Part shown: positions 8,521-19,887 of the stretch, piece after piece
Position numbering within the stretch: position 1 is the stretch's first letter
Layout: every line of letters begins with the position of its first letter
DNA from: Longivirga aurantiaca
Lineage (GTDB): Bacteria; Actinomycetota; Actinomycetes; S36-B12; CAIYMF01
Length of the DNA stretch: 32,000 nt
Direction: 5' to 3'
Assembly (NCBI RefSeq): GCF_042660085.1
Contig: NZ_JBHSTI010000008.1
Span: 240,001 to 272,000, forward strand
Translations under genes and position numbers: made by a program
Notes under the pieces: model-generated
The model's database searches: none
What the model saw: the letters and a program-made list of their open reading frames with translations, nothing else
Told to the model about the DNA's origin: nothing

Positions 8521-9426
8521 GTGGACGACGAGCTCGCCGAGCTGCTCGCCACGGGTGAGCGCGCGGCCTTCCACGGCCGTCCGTCCTCAGGGGTCGCTCC
8601 GCTGCAGCGCGCGGTCGAGCTCGCCCACGGCGGCGGCCGCGACGCCGAGGCCACCGCGGCCGTGTGGCTGCTCGGCGTGTGCCTCGCCTCTGCCGGCAGG
8701 TACGGCGCCGCCTCGTCGGTGCTCGAGCCGCTGGCGATCTCGCTGCCCGAGGAGCCCGAGCGGCTGATCTTCTCCTCGCTCGCGGCGTCGAGCATGGCCA
8801 GCATCTCCCGCCAGCTCGGCCGGCACGCCGAGGGCCGGGTGCGCGACGAGGTGGCGCTCGACCTCGCCGGCGACGCCCCCGAGGCCCGCTTCGACGCGCT
8901 GCTCGGGCTCGCGGCCGACGCCGTCGGCCTGGGCGAGGACGACGAGGCGGCGTTCCGTCTCGCCGAGGCGAGCGACCTCGTCGTCGGCAGGGCCGACTGG
9001 TGGCGTCAGCGTGTCCGGGTCCACTGGGTGGCTGCGGAGGTGGCGCTGCTGCGCGACGAGCCCGCCGACGCCGTCGTCTCGGCCGCGAGCGCCATCACGC
9101 TGGCCGAGGCCTCCGGGGCGCCCCGGCACGTGGCCAAGGGCCTGCTGTTCCAGGGTGTGGCCGAGGTGCAGTGCGGCGATCTCGAGCTGTCGGCGGGCAC
9201 GCTCCGACGCGCGGCCGGCCTGGCCGAGAGCCTGGGCACCCTGCCGCTCGTCTGGCCCGCCCGGGCGGTCCTCGGGGCGCTCCTCACCGAGGCGGCGCCC
9301 GCCGAGGCCGCCGCGTCCCTGGCCGCCGCCCGCGCCGCGGTGCGTCAGATCGCCGACGACCTGCCTCCCGCACTGGCCACCGACTGGCTCGTACGGCCCG
9401 ACATCGCGGCCCTCCTCGAGGGCTGA
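8521..9426 (+). CDS. hypothetical Ala/Leu-rich helical-repeat protein
   Basis: This is the 3' part of track ORF 6910..9426, with GTG at 8521 (VDDELAELLATGERAAFHGR...). The composition looks coding and helical, unlike the upstream Arg/Pro-rich part of the ORF. I recognise no family. Confidence 0.55.
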   Translation: MDDELAELLATGERAAFHGRPSSGVAPLQRAVELAHGGGRDAEATAAVWLLGVCLASAGRYGAASSVLEPLAISLPEEPERLIFSSLAASSMASISRQLGRHAEGRVRDEVALDLAGDAPEARFDALLGLAADAVGLGEDDEAAFRLAEASDLVVGRADWWRQRVRVHWVAAEVALLRDEPADAVVSAASAITLAEASGAPRHVAKGLLFQGVAEVQCGDLELSAGTLRRAAGLAESLGTLPLVWPARAVLGALLTEAAPAEAAASLAAARAAVRQIADDLPPALATDWLVRPDIAALLEG

Positions 9427-9633
9427 GCGCGGCTCTGCGCCGTGCTCGGGCCGTGCGTCGGGCCGCCGTCCCGGGGAGGTCGTGACCACGCTCCGTCAGC
9501 GTTCCCGGCCCCGGAGGCGCCCCCACTACGGCGAAAGCCGTACACCGTGGGCTCAGGTTCACCCGTTCGTGTGCCGATCACCTCTGTGAAGCGCCCCCGA
9601 ACGGGGGTGCCCGACGAGGGAGTGCGCGACAAC

Positions 9634-11875
<2,242 letters not shown>

Positions 11876-11947
11876 CCGCGGCGCCCGCCGCGCCCGCCCC
11901 CCAGGTACAGACGCGCCCGCCCACCTGCCAGTGAACGGAAGTCACCC

Positions 11948-13072
11948 GTGACCGAGATCGAGATCGGCCGCTCCAAGCGCGCGCGTCCGGCGTACAACCT
12001 CGACGACATCGCGATCGTGCCGAGCCGGCGCACCCGCGACCCCGAGGCGGTGTCGGTGGCCTGGCGCATCGACGCGTACACGTTCGACACCCCGGTGCTG
12101 GCCGCGCCCATGGACTCCGTCGTCTCGCCCGCGACGGCGATCGAGATCGGCCGCCTCGGCGGTCTCGGCGTGCTCGACCTCGACGGCCTCTGGACCCGGT
12201 ACGACGACCCCGCGCCGCTGCTGGCCGAGATCGCCGAGCTCCCCGAGGCGGGCGTCACCAAGCGCCTGCAGGAGATGTACTCCGCGCCGATCCGCGAGGA
12301 GCTGATCGCGACGCGCATCGCCGAGATCCGCGCCGGCGGCGTCACCGTCGCGGCCGCGCTCTCGCCCGTGCGCACGGCGCAGTTCGCCAAGGCCGTCGTC
12401 GACGCCGGCGTCGACATCTTCGTCATCCGCGGCACCACCGTGAGCGCCGAGCACGTGCCCGCGCCCGAGTCGACGCGCGAGCCGCTCAACCTCAAGCAGT
12501 TCATCTACGAGCTCGACGTGCCCGTGATCGTCGGCGGCTGCTCGACGTACCAGGCTGCGCTGCACCTGATGCGCACGGGCGCAGCCGGCGTGCTGGTCGG
12601 CTTCGGCGGCGGCGCGGCCCACACGACCCGCGACGTGCTCGGGGTCCGCGTGCCCATGGCGTCGGCGATCGCCGACGTCGCGGCTGCGCGCCGCGACTAC
12701 ATGGACGAGTCCGGCGGCCGGTACGTGCACGTCATCGCCGACGGCGGCATGGGGCGCTCGGGCGACCTGCCCAAGGCGATCGCCTGCGGGGCGGATGCGG
12801 TCATGGTCGGCTCGCCTCTCGCGCGCGCCACCGAGGCCCCCGGGCACGGGGCGCACTGGGGGATCGAGGCCACCCACGCCGAGCTCCCGCGCGGTGAGCG
12901 CGTGCAGCTCGGCACGGTCGGCCCGCTCGCGCAGATCCTGCACGGGCCGTCGTCCCAGCCCGACGGCACGATGAACCTGGTCGGCGCGCTGCGCCGCGCG
13001 ATGGCCACCACGGGCTACTCCGACCTCAAGGAGTTCCAGCGCGTCGAGGTCGTCGTCAACGCAGCCCGCTGA
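11948..13072 (+). CDS. guaB3: GuaB3-family IMP dehydrogenase-related protein
   Basis: 374 aa: MTEIEIGRSKRARPAYNLDDIAIVPSRRTRDPE.... An IMPDH-like barrel lacking the CBS insert, located directly after guaB as in mycobacteria. Confidence 0.9.
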   Translation: MTEIEIGRSKRARPAYNLDDIAIVPSRRTRDPEAVSVAWRIDAYTFDTPVLAAPMDSVVSPATAIEIGRLGGLGVLDLDGLWTRYDDPAPLLAEIAELPEAGVTKRLQEMYSAPIREELIATRIAEIRAGGVTVAAALSPVRTAQFAKAVVDAGVDIFVIRGTTVSAEHVPAPESTREPLNLKQFIYELDVPVIVGGCSTYQAALHLMRTGAAGVLVGFGGGAAHTTRDVLGVRVPMASAIADVAAARRDYMDESGGRYVHVIADGGMGRSGDLPKAIACGADAVMVGSPLARATEAPGHGAHWGIEATHAELPRGERVQLGTVGPLAQILHGPSSQPDGTMNLVGALRRAMATTGYSDLKEFQRVEVVVNAAR

Positions 13073-13159
13073 CGCCAGCGCCGGGTGCCGTCAGGTGCGC
13101 GGTGGAGCACGATCGCTCCCTGGCTACCGACCGGTAACCGCAGCGGCTACCCTCGCGGC

Positions 13160-14779
13160 ATGAGCGCCGAGGCTGACGTCCGAACCCTGCCCGACACCGT
13201 CCCTCCGCAGGTCCCGATCAGGGTGCAGAACCCGGCTGCGCTCGACGACGCGCTCGTGCGCCGGCTGCTGCGGCACGCGGTGGTGGGCGCTCGACCGGTG
13301 CTTCACGACACCGTCGCGCCGTTCACCGGTGAGCGTGCGACGACGCTGCCGATCTCGACCGAGGCCGACGTCGAGCACGCCTTCGCGATGTCGCGCCGGG
13401 CGCAGCGGGCCTGGGCCCAGCGCACCCCGCGCGAGCGCGCCCGCGTGCTCCTGCGCTTCCACGACCTCGTGCTCGCGCAGCAGGCCGAGGTGATGGACGT
13501 CGCGCAGATCGAGACGGGCAAGGCACGGCGCGACGCCTACGAGGAGCTCGCCGACTGCGCCCTCACCTCGCGCCACTACGCGCGCGTCGGGCCGCGCATG
13601 CTGTCGTCGGAGCGCCACCTCGGCGTGTTCCCGGTGCTGACCCGGGCCACGCTGCACCACCACGCCAAGGGCGTCGTCGGCATCATCTCGCCCTGGAACT
13701 ACCCGATCAGCCTCGCCGTCACCGACGCGCTGCCGGCGCTGCTCGCGGGTAACGGCGTCGTCCTGCGGCCCGACCTGCAGACCACCGTCACGGCGCTGCG
13801 GATGGTCGACCTCCTCGTCGAGGCCGGCCTGCCCGAGGGGCTCATGAACGTCGTCATCGGCGACGGACCGCACATCGGCCCGCACGTGGTCGAGCGAGCC
13901 GACTACGTGATGTTCACCGGGTCCACCCGCGTGGGCCGCGACATCGCGCGGCGGTGCGGCGAGCGCCTCATCGCCTGCTCGCTCGAGCTCGGCGGCAAGA
14001 ACGCCGTGGTCGTGCGCGCGGATGCCGACCTCGAGCGCTCCGCCGAGATCGCCGAGCGCGCCTCGTTCGCCAACGCCGGCCAGCTCTGCATCGGCACCGA
14101 GCGGGTGCTCGTGCACGAGTCGATCGTCGACGACTTCCTGCGGCTGTTCCTCGCCCGCGTCGAGGCGCTGCGCCTGGTGCCGTACGTCGGCTGGGGCGCG
14201 GGCATGGGGTCGCTCGTCTCTGCGCGGCAGCTCGAGAAGGTGAGCCACCACGTCGACGACGCGGTCGCGAAGGGGGCGCGGGTGCTCACCGGCGGCCAGC
14301 CCCTCCCGGACGTCGGGCCGTTCTACTACGCGCCGACGGTGCTGGCCGACGTCACCGCCGAGATGGCAGTCTGCCGCGAGGAGACGTTCGGGCCGGTGGC
14401 GAGCGTCTACACGTTCCGCACCGACGACGACGCCGTCGCGATGGCCAACGACACCGAGTACGGACTCAACGGCGCAGTGCTCACGCGCGACACCCGGGCC
14501 GGCCTTGCGCTGGCTCGCCGTATCCATGCGGGCACGGTCAACGTCAACGAGGCCTACGGCGCCACCTGGGGCTCGATCAGCGCGCCTATGGGTGGGATGA
14601 AGGACTCGGGCCTCGGTCGGCGGCACGGCGTCGAGGGCCTGATGAAGTACACCGAGCCGCAGACCGTCGCGGTCCAGAGCCTCATCGGCTTCGGGTCCCC
14701 GTTCGGCCGCACCGACGAGCAGTGGGCCGGCCTCATGACCACCGCCTTCAAGGCCCTGAAGACGCTGAGGGTGAAGTGA
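13160..14779 (+). CDS. NAD(P)-dependent aldehyde dehydrogenase (succinate-semialdehyde dehydrogenase-like)
   Basis: ATG at 13160 within track ORF 13085..14779. ALDH motifs: ISPWNYP, FTGSTRVG, LELGGKNA (catalytic Glu), FANAGQLCIGTERVLV (catalytic Cys), EETFGPV. Confidence 0.9.
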   Translation: MSAEADVRTLPDTVPPQVPIRVQNPAALDDALVRRLLRHAVVGARPVLHDTVAPFTGERATTLPISTEADVEHAFAMSRRAQRAWAQRTPRERARVLLRFHDLVLAQQAEVMDVAQIETGKARRDAYEELADCALTSRHYARVGPRMLSSERHLGVFPVLTRATLHHHAKGVVGIISPWNYPISLAVTDALPALLAGNGVVLRPDLQTTVTALRMVDLLVEAGLPEGLMNVVIGDGPHIGPHVVERADYVMFTGSTRVGRDIARRCGERLIACSLELGGKNAVVVRADADLERSAEIAERASFANAGQLCIGTERVLVHESIVDDFLRLFLARVEALRLVPYVGWGAGMGSLVSARQLEKVSHHVDDAVAKGARVLTGGQPLPDVGPFYYAPTVLADVTAEMAVCREETFGPVASVYTFRTDDDAVAMANDTEYGLNGAVLTRDTRAGLALARRIHAGTVNVNEAYGATWGSISAPMGGMKDSGLGRRHGVEGLMKYTEPQTVAVQSLIGFGSPFGRTDEQWAGLMTTAFKALKTLRVK

Positions 14780-16491
14780 GCACGCACTACGACGTCCTGG
14801 TCGTCGGCTCCGGCTTCGGTGGCTCGGTCACCGCCCTGCGCCTGACCGAGAAGGGCTACAACGTCGGGGTCCTCGAGGCCGGGCGCCGCTTCGCCGACGA
14901 GGACTTCGCCAAGACCTCCTGGCGGGTGCGCAAGTTCCTGTGGGCGCCGAAGCTGGGTCTCTACGGCATCCAGCGCATCCACCTGCTGCCCGACGTGCTC
15001 GTGCTCTGCGGCGCCGGCGTCGGCGGCGGCTCGCTCGTCTACGCCAACACGCTCTACGTGCCACCGAAGGAGTTCTTCCAGGACCCGCAGTGGGCGGGGA
15101 TCACCGACTGGCAGTCCGAGCTCCTGCCGTACTACGACCAGGCGTCGCGCATGCTCGGCGTCACCGACGTCCCCTATCCGACGCCGCTCGACCACGTCTT
15201 CAAGTCGGTGGCCGAGGACATGGGCGTGGGGCACACCTTCAAGCTCACGCCGGTCGGCGTGTACTTCGGCGAGGGCCCCGGCGTCACCAAGCCCGATCCG
15301 TTCTTCGGAGGCGTCGGCCCGGAGCGCTCGGGCTGCCAGCAGTGCGGCTCGTGCATGACGGGCTGCCGGCACAACGCGAAGAACACGATGCCCAAGAACT
15401 ACCTGGGGCTCGCCGAGGCCGCGGGCGCCACCGTGCACCCGCTGACCACGGTGCTCTCGATCCGTCCGCGGCCGCAGGGCGGCTACTGGGTCGAGACCAC
15501 GCGCACCGGCCCGATCGGCAAGCGGCGTACCTTCACCGCCGACCAGGTCGTGGTCGCGGCGGGCACGTACAACACGCAGAAGCTGCTGCACCGCATGAAG
15601 GACTCGGGCTTCCTGCCGCGGCTGTCGAACCGTCTCGGTGTCATGTCGCGCACCAACAGCGAGTCGATCGTGGGCGCGGTGGCGCGCAGCAACGACACCG
15701 ACTTCACGCCCGGCGTCGCGATCACGTCGTCGTTCTTCCCGGACGAGCGCACCCACGTGGAGCCCGTGCGCTACGGCAAGGGCAGCAACCTCATGGGGAT
15801 GCTCGGCACGATCCTGACCGACGGCAAGGTCGGCACCCCGCGCTGGAAGGTGTGGGTGCACGACATGGCCGCGAGCCCGCGCGACGCCGTGCGCTCGCTG
15901 TCGGTGCGCCGCTGGTCGGAGAAGGGTGCGATCGCTCTCGTGATGCAGTCGGTCGACAACTCGATCACGGTCAGCACGATCAAGACCCGGCTCGGACGCC
16001 GCAAGCTCACCTCGCGCCAGGGCGACGGCGAGCCGAACCCCACCTGGATCCCGGCGGCGAACGACGCCGCGCGGCGGATCGCCGAGAAGATCGACGGCTT
16101 CCCGATGGGGCAGCTCGGCGACCTGCTCGACGCGCCGATGACCGCGCACTTCGTGGGCGGCGCGTGCATCGGTGCCGATGCCGACCACGGCGTGATCGAC
16201 GGCTACCACCGTGTCTTCGGCCACGAGGGTCTGCACGTGGTCGACGGCGCGGCCATCTCGGCCAACCTCGGCGTCAACCCGTCGCTCACCATCACCGCGC
16301 AGGCCGAGCGCGCGATGGCGCTGTGGCCCAACAAGGGCGACGCGGACCAGCGACCGCCGCTCGGCTCGGAGTACGTGCCGGTGCCCGCGGTCTCACCGCG
16401 CGGACCCGTCGTACCCGCGCACGCACCGGCCGCCCTGCGCCTGCCGATCGTCGACATCCGCCACGCCGACCGCGCCGTCCCCACCGACTGA
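14776..16491 (+). CDS. GMC-family FAD oxidoreductase, ChoD (cholesterol oxidase)-like
   Basis: GTG at 14776 overlaps the ALDH stop (GTGA). VSTHYDVLVVGSGFGGSVTALRLTEKGYNVGVLEAGRRF is an FAD GxGxxG fold. The C-terminal GMC region includes ...HFVGGACIG...LHVVDGAAISANLGVNPSLTITAQAERA. Confidence 0.88.
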   Translation: MSTHYDVLVVGSGFGGSVTALRLTEKGYNVGVLEAGRRFADEDFAKTSWRVRKFLWAPKLGLYGIQRIHLLPDVLVLCGAGVGGGSLVYANTLYVPPKEFFQDPQWAGITDWQSELLPYYDQASRMLGVTDVPYPTPLDHVFKSVAEDMGVGHTFKLTPVGVYFGEGPGVTKPDPFFGGVGPERSGCQQCGSCMTGCRHNAKNTMPKNYLGLAEAAGATVHPLTTVLSIRPRPQGGYWVETTRTGPIGKRRTFTADQVVVAAGTYNTQKLLHRMKDSGFLPRLSNRLGVMSRTNSESIVGAVARSNDTDFTPGVAITSSFFPDERTHVEPVRYGKGSNLMGMLGTILTDGKVGTPRWKVWVHDMAASPRDAVRSLSVRRWSEKGAIALVMQSVDNSITVSTIKTRLGRRKLTSRQGDGEPNPTWIPAANDAARRIAEKIDGFPMGQLGDLLDAPMTAHFVGGACIGADADHGVIDGYHRVFGHEGLHVVDGAAISANLGVNPSLTITAQAERAMALWPNKGDADQRPPLGSEYVPVPAVSPRGPVVPAHAPAALRLPIVDIRHADRAVPTD

Positions 16492-16502
16492 GGTCCTCGA
16501 GT

Positions 16503-16554
16503 TACTGCCCGAATGGTCGCTGAGCGACGCCGCTCAACGACCATTCGGGCAGTA
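16503..16554. terminator. 52-nt near-perfect hairpin between convergent genes (bidirectional terminator candidate)
   Basis: I paired it base by base: a 24-bp stem with a single C/A mismatch and a 4-nt ACGC loop (TACTGCCCGAATGGTCGCTGAGCG-ACGC-CGCTCAACGACCATTCGGGCAGTA). Confidence 0.7.
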
Positions 16555-16561
16555 GCTCGGG

Positions 16562-17116
16562 TCAGTGCTGGACGGCGTAGCGCAGGAGCACGAAGCCTTC
16601 GTCGTAGGTGCGCTGCTCGAGCAGGGTGAGCCGGTGGCGTACGCCGTCCGGCAGGGCCGCGAGACCGCCGCCGACGATTGCCGGCACGAGGAAGAGCCGC
16701 ACCTCGTCGACCAGACCGGCGCGCCAGGCCTCGGCGGCGAGGGTGGGGCCGCCGATCTCGACGTCGTGCGGGGCCGCCTCGACGAGCGCGCGCACCGCTT
16801 CGACGTCGAAGGCCCGCACCAGGCGGGTGCGTGGCGCGCTGACCTCGGCGAGCGTGGTCGAGAAGACGACCTTCTCGACGCCGGACCAGATCCGCGCGAA
16901 GTCGGCCTCGGGGTCGTCGCCCTCGGTCGGCGCGGTCTCCCAGTACGTCATGACCTCGTAGGTGCGGCGGCCGAGCAGCTGCGTGCCGACGCCGCGCTCG
17001 AGGTCGTTCACCGCCTGGTGCACCTCGGCGGTCGGGAAGGCGAACTCGAACGAGCCCTCGGTGTCGGCGACGTAGCCGTCGACGGAGCAGATCGCGGTGA
17101 CCAGGAGGCGTCCCAT
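16562..17116 (-). CDS. dihydrofolate reductase family protein (RibD C-terminal-domain type)
   Basis: 184 aa: MGRLLVTAICSVDGYVADTEGSFEF...LGRRTYEVM...EIGGPTLAAEAWRAGLVDEVRLFLVPAIVGGG. Confidence 0.87.
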   Translation of the reverse strand: MGRLLVTAICSVDGYVADTEGSFEFAFPTAEVHQAVNDLERGVGTQLLGRRTYEVMTYWETAPTEGDDPEADFARIWSGVEKVVFSTTLAEVSAPRTRLVRAFDVEAVRALVEAAPHDVEIGGPTLAAEAWRAGLVDEVRLFLVPAIVGGGLAALPDGVRHRLTLLEQRTYDEGFVLLRYAVQH

Positions 17117-17189
17117 CCGACGAGCGTGCCAGGTGGTGCGTCCGCCTCCAAGCGCTCCGGGCGGCTGCCGGACCCGTGCCGCTGACGCG

Positions 17190-17825
17190 TCACACGACCT
17201 GGGACGCGGCGGCTCGCGGCTCGACTGCCGTCCGCACGGACGACCCGGTCAGAGCGAGGAGGGCGGCCAGTGCGAACAGGACGCCGATGAGCACCTCGTA
17301 CACCGGGCCGTCGAAGGGGAGCGGCACGAGCGTGATGGCGCCCGCGGCGGCCAGTGTGAGCCAGCTGCTCCGTCGCACGGTGCGGGTACGGGCCACCGCA
17401 GCCGCAAGGACGAGCAGGGTCGCGTTCGCGATCCAGGCCAGGAGGGCCCCTGTGTCCAGGCGCGTGCCCTGGGACGTGGCGCTGTCGAGCACCGCCGGGG
17501 CCAGCTTGGCGACGGTGTCGCTGATGAAGAGGTCGCACCAGATCCAGCCGATGTTGAGGGCGAGGCCACCGATGGCGAGCGCGTACGCCGTCATCAGGAA
17601 CCGGCCACCGCGCTCGGAGCAGAGCGCGACGAGGCCGGTGATGCCGAGCACCATGCCGACCGCACCGAGCAGGCGCAGGGCGCTGGCCAGCACGAACGCT
17701 GTCGTCGTCGTCTGCACGGACAGCGGTTGTCCGCCGGCCGTGACCAACGCGAGCCCTGAGCCCAGCGCGAGCAGCGCGCCCCCGGCGACGCCGACGACGA
17801 GCCCGAAGCGGATGAAGCGGTCCAT
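17190..17825 (-). CDS. hypothetical polytopic membrane protein
   Basis: 211 aa with about six hydrophobic segments and coding-like composition. It is divergent from the kinase gene. I recognise no family. Confidence 0.62.
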   Translation of the reverse strand: MDRFIRFGLVVGVAGGALLALGSGLALVTAGGQPLSVQTTTTAFVLASALRLLGAVGMVLGITGLVALCSERGGRFLMTAYALAIGGLALNIGWIWCDLFISDTVAKLAPAVLDSATSQGTRLDTGALLAWIANATLLVLAAAVARTRTVRRSSWLTLAAAGAITLVPLPFDGPVYEVLIGVLFALAALLALTGSSVRTAVEPRAAASQVV

Positions 17826-18012
17826 GGTCCCTCCACTCGACGTCGCGGTGGGGAGGGTCTCGCCCGGCGATCCGCGGCGCCATCTCGACGCTAGGGATCA
17901 GGCGGGGGCTGCCGCGCCTGCCGCGAGGCCCGTCTTCGGTGCCGAGCGGCGCACACGCGCCTCTCCCGATCGGCAGAGGACGCGAGACCCATCGCGGGGC
18001 TAGCCTTCCGGC

Positions 18013-19161
18013 GTGCTGGCGGATCCCCGTGAGACCTGGCGGCGTCGCGGCGCCTGGGCGCTCGACGTCGTGATCGCCCTGGGGCTGGGTGCGCTCGGGG
18101 CGTCGGACGGGCTCCACTCGGGCGACTTCCCCTACAACGGTGCAGCGACTGCGGCACTCATGGGTCTCGCGGGCGCGGTGCTGGTCCTGCGCCGCGTTCT
18201 GCCCCTCACCAGCTTCACCATCTCGCTCGGCGCGATGACCCTCATCGCACTCCTCTACGGCACCTACCAGTCCGGTGCGTCGGTCCTCATCGCCGTCGTG
18301 GCGGTGTTCTCGGCGGCGTCGTACGGGGCCAACCTGCCGTACGTCATCGCGGTGTGCTTCGGCTTCGACGCCGCCCTCAGCGTGAGCGCGCCGACCGCGG
18401 GGGTGCTTCCGACCGTGGTCTTCACGACCCTGCTGCTCGCGGTCGTCGCGGCCGCCGGTGTGGGTGCCCGACGGCTGCGCGATCTGCTCACGGAGGCCCG
18501 CAGCCAGGCGGCGGCGAGCGGGCTGCGCGCCGAGCAGGAGCGGGCGGAGGCAGCGACCGCGGAGCGGTCGCGCATCGCTCGCGAGCTGCACGACATCCTC
18601 GCTCACGGGCTCGGCGTCGTCGTGCTGCAGACGGGTGCGGCCGATCACGCGCTCGACTTCGACCCGGCTCTCGCCCGTGCCTCGGTGCGTGCTGCACGCA
18701 GCACCGCCGAGCAGGCGATCGCGCAGCTGGAGACGCTCGTCGCCGTCGTTCGCGAGGAGCGGCCGTCCGCCACCTCGCCGCAGCCGACGATCTCCGACGT
18801 GCCGTCGCTCGCCGTGGATGCATCGATGCCCGGGTTCGAGGTCCGGTGCGACGTCCGCGGCGACTCGAGTCGGGCGCCGGCGCAGATCCAGGCATCGGCC
18901 TACCGCATCGCGCAGGAGGGGATCACCAACGCCCTCAAGCACTCAGGCGGCACGACCTGCTCGGTGTCGGTCGACTGCACCCCGGTCGCTGTCAGGGTCG
19001 AGGTGGTGGACGACGGGCCCGGGCGCGAGGGGGGTGCCGGCCTGAGGATGGGGCTGGCGGGCATCCAGGAACGGGTCGCCGTGTTCGGCGGACGGATGAC
19101 TGCCGGGCCCGCTCCGGCCGGCGGGTGGGCCCTGCTCGCCGAGATCCCCGTGCCCGCATGA
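18013..19161 (+). CDS. sensor histidine kinase (HisKA_3 / NarL-partner type, membrane-embedded sensor)
   Basis: The N-terminal region has about 4-5 TM segments with little extracytoplasmic loop. The H-box is ERSRIARELHDILAHGLGVV and the ATPase region is ...AQEGITNALKHSGG...GLAGIQERVAVFGG. Confidence 0.88.
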   Translation: MLADPRETWRRRGAWALDVVIALGLGALGASDGLHSGDFPYNGAATAALMGLAGAVLVLRRVLPLTSFTISLGAMTLIALLYGTYQSGASVLIAVVAVFSAASYGANLPYVIAVCFGFDAALSVSAPTAGVLPTVVFTTLLLAVVAAAGVGARRLRDLLTEARSQAAASGLRAEQERAEAATAERSRIARELHDILAHGLGVVVLQTGAADHALDFDPALARASVRAARSTAEQAIAQLETLVAVVREERPSATSPQPTISDVPSLAVDASMPGFEVRCDVRGDSSRAPAQIQASAYRIAQEGITNALKHSGGTTCSVSVDCTPVAVRVEVVDDGPGREGGAGLRMGLAGIQERVAVFGGRMTAGPAPAGGWALLAEIPVPA

Positions 19162-19799
19162 CCGTGTCGGTGGTGCTCGCCGACGACCAGTCCGTGGTCC
19201 GCGCAGGCCTCACGACCATCCTCGCTCCGCACGACGACCTCGCCGTGGTCGCAGAGGCGGCGGACGGCTACGAGGCGATCGAGGCTGTGCTGAGGCTCGA
19301 CCCGGACGTCGTGCTGATGGACGTGCGCATGCCGCGGCTCGACGGCGTGGCGGCGACCCGCGAGCTCGTCGACCGGGGGGTGCGGACCCGGATCTGCGTG
19401 CTCACGACGTACGGGCTGGAGGACGTCGTCCACGACGCCCTGGCCGCCGGTGCCAGCGGCTTCCTCCTCAAGACGGACCCGCCCGAGCGCATCGTGTCCG
19501 CGCTCCGGCGCCTGGCCGAGGGCGAGCCGGTGCTCTCGCCGGCGACGGTCGAGCAGATCGTGGCCAAGTACGTCTCCGCCCCGCGGCCCGCCCCGGTCGA
19601 CCTCGTCGAGGTACTCACCCAGCGCGAGCGCTCGGTCTACCTGCTGGTCGCCCGTGGCCTCACCAACCGCGAGATCGCCGGTGAGCTCTCGCTGGGCGAG
19701 GGCACGGTGAAGTCGCATGTCGCGCACCTGCTCACCAAGCTGGGCCTTCGCGACCGCATCCAGGTCGTCATCCACGCACATCGTCACGGTCTCGTCTGA
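19158..19799 (+). CDS. NarL/LuxR-family response regulator
   Basis: ATG at 19158 overlaps the kinase stop (ATGA). MTVSVVLADDQSVVRAGL...DVVLMDVRMPRLDG...FLLKT. The LuxR HTH is LTQRERSVYLLVARGLTNREIAGELSLGEGTVKSHVAHLLTKL. Confidence 0.92.
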   Translation: MTVSVVLADDQSVVRAGLTTILAPHDDLAVVAEAADGYEAIEAVLRLDPDVVLMDVRMPRLDGVAATRELVDRGVRTRICVLTTYGLEDVVHDALAAGASGFLLKTDPPERIVSALRRLAEGEPVLSPATVEQIVAKYVSAPRPAPVDLVEVLTQRERSVYLLVARGLTNREIAGELSLGEGTVKSHVAHLLTKLGLRDRIQVVIHAHRHGLV

Positions 19800-19887
19800 G
19801 CGGTGCTCCGCCCCGGAACCGGGCCCAGTGGGTAGCACCCCGGGCCTCTTGCGCCCAGGGGCACCCTCATGAGAACACTGACGAGGG

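Noticed and set aside
6910-9426. 838-aa plus-strand ORF, plus ORFs 7190..8392 (-) and 8587..9489 (-)
   Set aside because: Only the last 301 codons (from GTG 8521) have protein-like composition. The upstream part is out of frame with the MerR-family gene and is Arg/Pro/Ala-rich. The minus-strand ORFs are antisense shadows of the MerR and hypothetical genes.
9530-9610. Possible ECF (BldN-like) promoter (CCGTAC...CCGTTC) and the CCCCCG-AA-CGGGGG palindrome upstream of the BldM-like gene
   Set aside because: I do not remember the BldN consensus reliably enough, and the spacing (about 19 nt) is awkward. The 6-bp palindrome is short for GC-rich DNA.
13124-16523. ORFs 13124..14626 (-), 13954..16491 (+, upstream part), 14554..16236 (-) and 14940..16523 (+)
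   Set aside because: They overlap the ALDH and GMC oxidoreductase genes out of frame or antisense. The 13954 ORF is real only from GTG 14776 onward.
17008-18942. 644-aa minus-strand ORF across the DHFR-like gene, the membrane protein and the kinase gene
   Set aside because: It spans three independently supported genes and two intergenic regions. The translation is Arg/Gly/Pro-rich without motifs.
19838-19861. Imperfect hairpin CCCCGGGC-CTCTTGC-GCCC(A)GGGG between the convergent response-regulator and ABC genes
   Set aside because: The stem is bulged and short. It is plausible as a terminator but not well enough supported to list as a feature.
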